Shown one piece after another: positions 53,433 through 64,000 of a stretch of 64,000 nucleotides of DNA (position 1 is its first letter; every line of letters starts with the position of its first letter). The stretch is from Toensbergia leucococca (taxonomy: Eukaryota). The position numbers and the translations under genes are program-made. The stretch lies in contig JALDZS010000041.1 in assembly GCA_022813965.1 (NCBI GenBank), positions 1-64,000 on the forward strand, in the 5' to 3' direction. Under the pieces are notes generated by a model that saw only the letters and a list, made by a program, of their open reading frames with translations, made no database searches and was not told the origin of the DNA.

Positions 53433-53723
53433 TATTATTACTAAGTTTGGGTTCTCATTTGATCAACTCCTTATAGCTGGGCGGCTGAAGAGTCTCCTAG
53501 AGTGTCTTCCATTTGCAGAGCGCCGTCGATGTTCTCGATGTGTAGCTTGAGATTTCGCATGATATAGCTTTCTACCATCTAGCGAGGATAAAAAGTCCTC
53601 TGCATTAACGCTACCAATTACAGATTGGGAACCCTCAGTACAATGCAGATGAAGAAGTGTGGTCATGAAAGCACCAACGCCACCGCTAGGATTAACCTCC
53701 CTCGCTCAACATAGCATTTCCAA

Positions 53724-54919
53724 TCAGAAAAGCTGAGCCTCGAGGTCCAATTTCCAGCGGAGACTCGAGAATCCTATGTCATTAGAAGCACCGCGGCCAC
53801 GCTTCACAGTCACTATTTTTGCGCATCTAGTGTGCGGTGTCCTGAACGGCGACTCGGTTAGCGACGAGCTGATGGGAGCAAGAAAGCCTCACTTACTCTC
53901 TTGCGAATGGCGCACGGGTTTGTCGGTTGGCAAGTCCCTCAAGACTAGGAACAGAAACTGTGAACGCTGCATTTCGCTCCATTCCAGCCGTAGGATTCAT
54001 ACCTTTCTTTGCCTCTCCTGGCGTCGTGACCCGCCCTGTGACGGTGGCATTCTCCCACCCATCGGTCTCAAAGCTTGAAGTGCGTGTTCCAGCCAAAGCC
54101 TCACGGCTAGCAGACTTGAGTGGCTCTTCACCTACCTTGGCATCTCCCTTGGCACTTTCTTTTGAACAGCTTTCTCTCTCCCGTAAACTTCTCTCCTTCT
54201 TGACGTTCCACTCTGCAAGCATTTTCCTCCTTCTCTCCTGCTGCTCCTCTTTTGCTGGTGACCGCTGCCAAGTTCCAGACAGCCCCATTGCATCATAAGA
54301 TTGACTATCTTCTTCAAATTTCAGACCCGCTTCCCCATTATCTTTCTGCTTCTGCCCTTCGCTCAAAGTCGCCCGGTATGCCTCAAGCTTTATCTGCGCA
54401 CTCGTGGGCTTCTTCCTCGGTGCCTTGCCCCTAATATCTGAAAGACTCGACTTGAGAATCGCAATAGCAACGTCGTCACCGTCAGCGACACCCTTATTCG
54501 CCCGCAGAGGCTTTTCTGATTCCGAATCAAAGGTTTTGAAATCCGGATCCCACGCCGTTATATCCTGCAGGCATCCCTCCCTCGGTTTTGACAGCACCGT
54601 TTCCAAAGCCACGTTTGCCAACTCCGCCGCCACAGCGCTCACTCCGCTCTGGATTTTGGCAAGATCAACCTTGCCCCATGTATGTTTCGCTGTCATGACG
54701 GCGGACTGGTATGCCGTCGGCCGGATCCACTTGGTTTGATCGCCGTCCTTGTTGGATAATTATGTGTTAGTGCGACGAACATGACGGCGATGTAGGGATA
54801 AGAGAGAAGATGGCACGCACCCATTCTGCAGTCAGTTCATCACCGATGAGGATAAATCCATCTTCCATTTCTTCGCTGCTGCTATCGCTTGGAGGGCGCC
54901 GAGGGGATTGGTGCGCCAT
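53724..54919 (-). CDS. Hypothetical charged, low-complexity protein (3 exons predicted)
   Basis: ATG at 54919 (MAHQSPRR..) joins the 267-aa ORF in frame through a GTGCGT..CTAAC..AAG intron. A second GTAAGT..CTAAC..CAG intron leads to TGA at 53724. Confidence 0.55.
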
Positions 54920-55660
54920 GTCCTGGCTGAAAACTCCCGTTCGTCTTGGGGTAGATAACCAACCGGCAACCTGACTGATGCAAAGTCTCTGTTGAGTATC
55001 AACTTATCAGTATCCTCTTTCTTGAAATGAAACAAGACCTGTCATTCCCTGTCAGGAAGATGGCAGCGGCGTTTGTGCTACTTTTGAGAGCGTGGGCTCC
55101 ATTTGTTGAGAAACTCACAGAAAGCACCTCCAAGGAACGTCGATGCGTGGGACAAATGACAGAGTGCGAGGAAAGTTCTCAAAGCGTGCGGGATCGTGTG
55201 CTCAGGAAATGGATGGATGGTTTTGGCGGAGACGTGGAGAGCTTTATACGCGGGAGGGTGAATGAATGAGTCTTGTGCTCAACACGCAGGATTCATGCCG
55301 TGGGATGGTGAATCGTGTTGTTCGCTGCGTGGGACGGGTCTTGTAGGCTGGTGATGAACGTTGGGACTGAGTTGATTCTTTTTCTTCAGGGGGGGAGGAT
55401 GGTGAGGGCGAATGGATCGTGGGCCATGTAGGTGAGATTTCATTCAAGCTCCATCTCTTCGGCGAGAGGGATTGTAACGGGGGAATTCATCATGTACGAC
55501 TATTCACTCTCCATATTGTAAGAAAGGCTTAGAATCAAGGATACCAAACAACATTTATGGCGTGTCGAATAACGAGCAACTATAGCGTGAACTCCTTCAC
55601 TTCTACACTCTTGAAACCAGCATTTCCTCACTTCCACCCACCTCCTACACAAGACCACCC

Positions 55661-58600
55661 CTAATAAACCCCCACATCCCCACCACACCTCACCAACCCC
55701 TCCCACACCTTCTCCCCCAACCGATACTTCACCAATCCGGCAAATACCATCAAATCTTTTGCCCCCGTCAACAGCTCCTCGCCCATTTCCCTCCTCGTCT
55801 CGCCCTCAAAACCCCCTGACTGCAAAACATCCCTCTGCTGGCCGATACAAGTGATTGTCCAGAGGAGCAGGGGGCCAATGTTGCGCGAGATGGTACTGGG
55901 GAGGGTGTTGAATGCTTGGGCGTGGGAGCGGATGAGGGGGATGGAGGAGCGAGCATGCAATGGGAGGAGTCCGAGCGTGTCAATGATCTGTCGGGTAAGG
56001 TTAGTGTCGGTGTTCTGGGGAGGGATTCAGGAACAGAGAAGATCAGAGGGCGCTTACGTCTAAAGCTTCGGCCCACTGGCCTGCTGTGACGCGGGCTTTT
56101 GCCTCGCTCATTCGCAAGAGGACACCGCAGGCGTCGCGGGTGGCGGGACGGATCTTTTGGTAGTAGAGGGCGTTGGTATTGTAGAGAGAGATCATGTTTT
56201 TTGCCAATACGGCCGGGTCTTCAACTGCTAGCAGACTGAAGCTGCTGCCGGCAGGCTGTTGTTGTTCCTGCTGCTGCTGCTGAGGTTGGTCCTGCTGAGG
56301 ATTTGTCCTTGGCTTCAACGGCTGCAATCGCATCTGCTCTTGTCCAATATCCACTGCAATGGCTTCGGAAAGGGCGCGGTTGATAATGATTATCACATTG
56401 TCGTAATCCTCGGCTAGATGGTACAGCAACACTGCGTCTGTTGTCCTGCCATTATCATCGGCGACGCTGGCAGCTTGGATAGTCACCGTTTTTAGAAATG
56501 CCTCTTGGTCAGCCAGACTGATCAGCATCAGCCGCTGCTCGATAAATCCCTTGATCCTTGTCCCGTTCGCATTGATATCGCCGAGTAGCTGTGCGAATTC
56601 CCGAGTCTCTAGCACGAGTTCGCGTAGCGCTTCATGGCACAAATCTGATTGCGACTTGCCCAATGCGCCTGGAAGGTTGGCGTTGAGGCAGATAAGAGCA
56701 AGGTAATCGACTGCAGCCTCGACGTTGCCAGATCGAAAGTCGCGCGTATAATAGCCGAGCATGCGGCCGAAGCTGATTTGGGGAAGCTGTTTGGTGCTGT
56801 AGGTGACTAAGAAACAATTAGAAGCTGAAGAACAGAGAAGTCGTCAGGGAAAGACATACGGAGCTCAGTGTCAGAGAGTGAGAAATCAGACACACGCAAA
56901 AAGCCGTAATAGTCCAGGGCGATAGCAAAATGAACAGCAGCGACATATGAGTATGAATACAGATACGCCACTGCCTGCTCAAACATGCCACCGAGAATCT
57001 GTAGAAAAAAGTAGGTGCCATAGCCACCCATTCCTTCTGCTCCTTTGGAAAAATGTCGGTCCCCGATTTCTCGAATACTGTCTTGTATTTCTTCGAGGCC
57101 GAAAACATCAGCTGCTACCTCTTCGACACGATTCACTTCTCTTGCGAGATTGAATTGCAGCCATATCCAGTCTTCGACGCCTTGACTCATGCCTTCGATG
57201 ATTCTTTTGCTTAACTCACAACGTCCAATGATCTTATAACATGCCATACGGTACGGATCAAGAGAATTCTCGGGGGCAATGCGGGATCTCTGTTGATACT
57301 CTGCGTTGACGCGCTCTTGCATCGATCGAGGAAGTCGTCTCTCTGGGTTGGTAGCGAAGCTAGTAATATAGGTGATAAAATTGCGGTCTAGAGCTCGAAA
57401 TGATGTAGCATTACTAGTCACATATTCTGCAGCTTCCTTGACCAGACCACTCCTCAGCAGAAAGAAGATCAAAGCCCAGCAGTGGTCATTGTCAAGAATC
57501 TGCAACTCAACTCCATCTGGACCAAGATCTTTGCGTGCCGCACGGATTCTGATGTATGCTCGGACCTTATTGATCGTGGTGGGTATTCCACCAAGATTCG
57601 CCTCTCGTGGATTGGAATTGACCATTGTCTCTAGGTGGTCGTAGAAGCTGGATCGGTGGTGATTAGCGTCTTCACTTTGCATGAGCAGATGAGTGATCCT
57701 TGCTCACTGTTTCTCTAGACATCTCCTTGCCCCGTTGAGAATCCTTTTTCGGTTCCCCATAGCCTTGGCGGAACTCGCAGTCTCATCGAGATAGTCGTCA
57801 GCGAAGCGACGTTCCTTGGTCGGTTCTGGACCTTTGGGGTTGGCCTTCTCATCCACAATCTCATTCAACGCTTTATAGGCGTCCATGAGTTGACTTGGAG
57901 ACTGCGCATCCAATTAATCAGCTTTGATCCTGTCACCCGACATTTTTCATTACTTACCCCTCCACCAGGCTCAGCTTCCACACTCGCAAATTCTTGTATT
58001 ACTGGATAAGGTAACTCCTGAAGGCGAGCCCTGTTCAAAAGCTGCACCTTTATGGCATATTTGCCTTGCTTCTCACGCACGAATCGTTCTTCTGGGGCGG
58101 CTGATCCAGCACCGCTCTTTTCAGCCACATCCGCAAATAGTGTTGCATTCCCAGATCCTACACCTGGTGTACCAATCACTGACTTCTGCATGCCTGAGGC
58201 TCCGAAGATACTTCGGTTTGCTATGCCTTGTCCTGGCCGGCCTAAAACTGCCCCGCGGCTACGTCGAGAAGATCGTCCGAAACTACCCTTTTCCCCTTGA
58301 CTAGGATGACTAGCAAGATCATCTGTACCATTGCTACTCTTCGACATGAGTCCAAAGTGTTCATAAATCTTTTTCCGCTGTAGATCCCAGTTGATGTCTA
58401 CATTCTCCTCAAGGAAGGCGTCGAAGTTTCGTTGCGCACGATTGACACCCTCTGTGATCATTTTGAGAGTAGATTGTTGCTGGAGCTGCTCAACGTACTT
58501 GTGTGTATCAGGATCCCAGTCAGCCGGCTGCTGCACATGACTTGATGTAAAAGTCTGGGTGTTGAACGAGTTTAGATCGCGACGAGTGGTGCCAGGGTTT

Positions 58601-59284
58601 ACACCAGATGCTGCCAGGAGATAGTGCCTATATCTAAATTTTAGCAACAACTGCAATCAATGAAACGACGATTCGGTGAGCTCACGCCCTGGTATCAGCC
58701 TCTTTGACACCCTGTGTATGTGATGCAACGCCCCCCAACTCCCGCGCTCTTCTTGCAATGTCTCCTAATCCAAGCTGTAGACTAGGTAGGTCTCTAAAAC
58801 CAGGTCCCCCATCTGCACCATGGGTTCTCTTTCTTCCCTTCTCGAGTAAACTATGAAAATATACCGGCTGCGAATCTTTGCTTGGTGCTTGAGGTTGTTC
58901 GCCATCTTGCTGCTGTGGTTGCCCGCTTTGGCTTTGCTGCGGTCCTTGAGAGGTAAAAAGAGACGAGGCAAAAGGCTGCGACGTATTTGTGGTTTGCTGA
59001 GGTGCGAAGAGGGATGAAGTCTGTTGGGACAAGGAGCTTGGAGCTGTTGTCTGCTGAGCCTGCGATGATCCAAGACTTGCGAATGGATTTGTTGATTCCT
59101 GTGGCTTTGTTTGGCTGCCAAGTGGTGGGAAAAGAGACGATTGCTGCTGTGGCTGGGAGCTAGTTGGGTTGCCAAATAAGTTACTTGTCTGGGCCATCTT
59201 TGGCTGCGAGGTTGAGGCATTCGCCGCATTACTGAAAATGCTAGACGTAGCAGGATTTGGCGGCCCAAATATTGAGGATGCCAT
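55661..59284 (-). CDS. NIC96: Nucleoporin Nic96/Nup93 (6 exons)
   Basis: LPSLQLGLGDIAR, HYLLAASGV, WALIFFLLRSG, DPYRMACYKIIGRC and EDWIWLQF. Confidence 0.93.
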
Positions 59285-60763
59285 TTTCAGAGATGAGGAG
59301 AAGTCAATAATATGGAGACGCGTTAGAAGCAACGGGGGATTTTCTAAACACACGAATCAACGGGAACGCTAAATATTCTACTCTACCTAATGCATGCTAA
59401 GCCGGCACGGGCCATGGGTGGTAGGTAGGAAAAGGGTGAACGTTTATCCTCCAGCATTTCTGTAGACTTCAATGAATCCTACGGAGCACTTCAATGCTCA
59501 ATCTGCATTGACAATAAATTACTAGCCGAACCTTCTGCTGCTTCAGATGGGCTGAGAATTCTCACCAATGTTGCAAGGTCGTACATTCAACACTTGCATG
59601 GCAATTCATGCAGAGTGCCAGAACACTGGCAAATGTTGTTTTCCTATTTCGTGCCAACATGGGTGAGCAGCTTCCCCTTTAGCCTGTACTGTATACTGAA
59701 ATCTTGATATGGTAGGAATACAATGGCAGAGGTAGCAGGTCGATAAGTCCATAGGTTTTGTATGGAGCTTTTGCAGATGGGTTTCGGTTCAACTTGATTC
59801 AAAGCAACATCTTTCTCGTTCTGCCACTGTTAGTATGCTTGGAAACTGGTCTCAACTTCATTTACTCAAAATTCCAGAACTTGACCTAGCAAAAGTTTTA
59901 TCTGTCATGAGTTTCCTGAGGAGTCACGAAAAGATATTGTTGTTTTTGCTGTAAAAGGATTTTCGTTTACCTACCAGACCACATAGAGAAGCTCACTCAG
60001 CCCCCACCAAGAAAAGAATGATCGGGCATCTTCTCGTACAATATCTTCTTACGCAGTCACTTTGGTAGAAGGGTTGTTCATACGACTCCGAAACTCCCAC
60101 AATACTACCTCCCCTACCATCCCACAGACGTCTGGCAATTGCCTCGCAAGTATCCTTTTAATCATAGTTCACCCTATTGAACACGTGCATTGGCTCTGTT
60201 ACATCAACATTCTTTTTATTTCCATTGCATATCAAAGTCCAAGGCTTGTGCATCCAAAAGCTTAACTAAACGTCCAGAACAGAAGCATGCCGACTATCTT
60301 CTCTTTCGCCATCTGATCTCGAATGCTACGTATTTTAATCACTAGAATTTTTTCTCCTATACCGGTCTGCCTTATGATAGACGACGAGCTATATGATGAG
60401 CTACAGCTTTTCACAAGGACATCACCTCGCTCATATAAACCGTTCAAGGCTTTGGTATATCGCCATTGCGTCTCTGTTGCACGTGGAACATCCAGACGAA
60501 GATCATCTCCTCGTGCTGGAGTCATAATCTCATATTAGGTTCGATTCCTAATGGCGCTGGTACAATGGTATAGTGGGTTTTGTGTTCTCTCTCCTACGAA
60601 ATCCGAACGTTTTATTCGGTTAGGAACCAAGCATGCAATAGGCAGGAGTCATCAAAGCCAACAGACTTTTCCTAATTGCAAAAGCATTGAACTTCAAACC
60701 CGTACCTGGACTCAGTTGTACTCGTCAAGCTCTACCTCAAGGTGCCTATTGTTGCTTCAACAT

Positions 60764-62736
60764 TTACATCGCCACTACATTTGCAGGCCAAGCATCAAAA
60801 GCGAGCGACAGATTTTCCCTTTCTCCGCTGCTCTTATGTCCCATGTCCCATCGAACTAGTCCCTCATCAGTCGCTGCGTATAGCGTAGTCTCGTTGGCCC
60901 AGAACAGACTGTGGATCACCCCCTCAGATCTGAGCCTGACGGGCCGAAGTCGACCCATGCCTTTTCTCGAGTTGTAGTCACGTTTAGGAAAGTAAAGCTC
61001 TAGTGCGCCCTGATGTAGCAAGTCAGGGTTGAATGCCCATACTAGGAGACGTGACCACGTAGCTGCCGCAATCCTAGTGCCTAAAGGTGAAATGGACGAG
61101 ACAGTCCCCAGGGAGCTCTTCCCTTGGCGCCACCCGGCCAGTAAAGCAATCGCTTTCCAGCCATGACCGGTTCTTCGCCCACGCTCGGTCAAAGCGACAT
61201 GATCGCAATGGCGGGCTAGGATCTCCCACTCAGCTTGTACGATGAAGCCGTCTGATTGGATTGAATCTTTGCTCGTACCAATTGCGAGGTAAGAAGTTCG
61301 GCAGTATGGCGCGGGCCGGCTATCATCGCGAATATCTCTGGAGTGGGCGGCATAGAAGGGCATGCTGATGGCGTGTTCTTCGAAGAGATTAGAATCTACT
61401 TGTACTATAGCTGAATTGGGCCAAATAGGGCCGCACCCAGCGTTTGGGTTGCAAGAGTTCGTGTACCAGCTGTGCAAAGGATTTCCAGGGGTGTAGAAGT
61501 TTAGTTTCGTGTCAGATTGTACAAAGTGAAGGTTGGAAATGAGGCGGCTCCCCTTTGAGTGCAGATTCGTCTCCGAGCAATCGGTCAAAGTTAGTTGTGT
61601 GGGGAAATACTCTACAAGACAGAAAGTTAGTAAATTTACACAAGACGTACGTATTGACAAAATGGTTTGACTACGAGCCCAGTAGTAAGCTTCTTGATAA
61701 TGCATGATACATATGTCATGGACGGCCGAATACAACAGGCTCAAGACTGGGCTAGAGATAAATAATAGAATTCTAGGAATCTGAAACGGAATGATGATAC
61801 GCGAAAAGTATGTGTTCATTTCAGGGACCGAAGATGAACAACTGGAGCGTAAAGCCATGATGGGTAATGTTTTCATACAACATTTGACATACCGTAGTTA
61901 CAGGCATCCATCGTCTTGGAGTCCCGACCATACAAGACCACTTCGGTGGTACTATCTCTACCAGAAGATCTCCAGGCAATGCAGGCATTCCCATTCGAGG
62001 CTAGTGCAAGACCTACTGGCTCGGACGCTGGTACACACGGGATGTCTCTAGTCTCCTGGATACTGGCAGAATAAAAGTAGCCTTTGGAGGTAGCGTGGAG
62101 GTGGTGGAAAGTGACTAATTTATGGGTGCGGCTAGCCATGGCAACGGCCTCATCTACGAACGGTGAGATGGTCTCCGAAGTGGTCCTGTTTCTGTACAGC
62201 ACTGCTAGGTCTCGATTTGCAGAGAAAGCCAATTTGATGGCTTCAACATCACTGCAACGTGCTCGAAGGTCAACTTTCAGACGGACATGATGCTGAGTCA
62301 ATTCATAGATTCTAATGTGTTCAAAATCATGGATGGTAGCCAACTGAGCTGGCGCTCCTGGAGCGAATATCCATTGACTCCCTCTGGTAAGACTTGTTGG
62401 GGCTGAAGCGTACTTGGTGATGTCGGCGAGAAGGCGTGCACCGCAAAGGTTTTGGGCGGCCCGTTTGCGAAAACGTAGAAAGAGATCTGGAGATGGGACA
62501 TCGTCAAGACCGAGGTTCAGGCCAGGAATCCTACGTAGTTGGCGCAATAGGACTCTCCTGCTTTTGGCAGCATCGAAGAACTCCTTGCAAGTCAGTAGTG
62601 ACGAGAATAGGGTTCCCGGATCCATGTGCCAGAAGACAATCTGTAGGACCTCGACAGGAAGGTCGAGGAGTCCGAACGGTCCCTGCCTGGATCCCATAGT
62701 GTTTGATGAGGCATCATCCAGAAGATCTGTGGACAT
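60764..62736 (-). CDS. F-box protein (281-nt intron 61612-61892; 3' end uncertain)
   Basis: N-terminal LLDLPVEVLQIVFWHM..LLTCKEF. The phase-1 intron G|GTATGT..CTAAC..GTAG|AG restores the frame. Confidence 0.8.
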
Positions 62737-63181
62737 CTAGATGGTCAGCGAAAGTGTCGCGAATGGATTTGGATTGTTGTTGCCTCGGCTGCGCTAGCAC
62801 GGTAATAGAATAGTTCGACCAGCCAATCGAGAAGGTCCTATTCGTAGAGTAAGGAACAAATCCAACCATGACAGCTTACCATATGATACGAGCTCAGGTC
62901 TAGTACTTGCTGAGAAATAAAGAGCCAGATACAGTCAATCTCCTTGAACAGACTCCCCAAGTTTTCTGAGAGTGCTATTCATACAAGATTGCAAGACTGC
63001 AAATGGAAGGAGCAGTCAGCTCACCCAATCAGAGGAGTCACAGAAATAGAAAATAGTAACCCTGACCAAGTTGATGCTGAGGACGGTCTCTGACGTCTGG
63101 AACGAAAGAAAGAAGCCTGGCTAGCCCTAAAGTTGGATTGCTTTGTTGAAATGCATCAAAACCTAAACGCCAGTCCCAATG

Positions 63182-63684
63182 CTATTGCACACTTCCACCA
63201 CCACAACATTCTCCGCTCGTTTCTAGCATTCCCTTTCCCCCCATTTTGACTGTGTCGTTGTCCCCCCTCTCTGTTTCCCCGTGTATTCGTAATTCTATTG
63301 CTCCCCTTCGTCAGTGGCTCATGCATCCCCTCCCACCAGATTGCCATTTTTAAGCTAAGATCACAGATCGACTCACGGTATCTCTCTTCTTGGCTCTCAT
63401 CCACTGTCTTCTCTCCCTGGACTACATTCTGTCTAAGTATCTTCGCTACATCCTCTGCATGCACAATTGCAGCATTGACCTCCTGGTCTGTGGGCAACAG
63501 AGTGCGCTTTGTGTCGAACTGGTTGCGAGCTTCTTTGCGGGCAGCGTGGAGGACGCGGTCGTCACCTATGAGCGGACGAGGGTGTTGGCAGGGTGTGTCG
63601 GGAGCATTGTGTGGAGGTAGAGACTGTACCTTGAAAGGCAATGCGAGTTGAGCGAAGAACATGGCGATAGGCTGCCAATGCCAT
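63182..63684 (-). CDS. MZM1: LYR-motif complex III chaperone (3 exons)
   Basis: MALAAYRHVLRSTRIAFQGD..ILRQNVVQG..LRIHGETERGDND. Confidence 0.92.
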
Positions 63685-63949
63685 CTTCCCGTGCTCACTC
63701 ATATGCGTTGGCCTTTCGACATGAAGGAAACAATTGAAAACTTGAACCTCGGTAAGGATAGGTCGTAGGAGTCAACAAGCCCTAAATCCGGCGCTTCGGT
63801 AGCGCTAGTTTAGCCGAGAGCTATCCTACCTAGCGCATCAGCCATGGTTCAAGGATTGTCTCAAAAATTCCTCAATCATTAAGGTAGATGAGGTTAAGTA
63901 AGCTTGGGTAGAACCACTTTCGGACTCCCACCTAACACCCAGCGCAGTC

Positions 63950-64000
63950 ATGGCAACTGCACAAGTGTCGCTGCCTCTGCCAATTCTGCCAGAGGGCTGG
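63950..64000 (+). CDS. ZUO1: 5' end of probable zuotin (truncated by the window edge)
   Basis: MATAQVSLPLPILPEGW resembles the N-terminus of filamentous-fungal zuotin. Only 17 codons are visible. Confidence 0.6.
   Translation, partial: MATAQVSLPLPILPEGW

Noticed and set aside
59400..60750. Short ORFs and an intron-like CTAAC..CAG between NIC96 and the F-box gene
   Set aside because: No recognisable domain or consistent exon chain. Probably UTR or promoter DNA.

Overview
Eukaryotic, intron-rich fungal DNA, most likely a filamentous ascomycete (Pezizomycotina), judged from GT-AG introns of about 50-60 nt with CTRAC/CTRAT branch points and from the gene families present. Positions 1 to about 2640 are an AT-rich, almost CpG-free block. 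It carries transition-mutated repeats and a degraded minus-strand reading frame, consistent with a RIP- or methylation-decayed relic. The rest is a compact run of 26 genes, mostly conserved housekeeping: pterin dehydratase, ERG25, NCA2, SEC4, AFG2, RNPS1-like, ATR/MEC1, TAD2, complex I NUXM, CSM3, SKI2, NMD5, COX16, VNX1, RPT6, an FGGY kinase, a GRIP golgin, lunapark, NIC96, an F-box protein, MZM1 and the start of zuotin, plus three unassigned proteins. I found no clear new multi-gene system. The most unusual signals concern splicing and regulation: SKI2 intron 1 has no usable AG and appears to end in TGG, AAG acceptors are frequent, the ERG25 start codon is split by an intron, and a TACGGAGTA motif recurs only in promoters. 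Exon boundaries were read by hand and family calls rest on recognised motifs, with no database searches.
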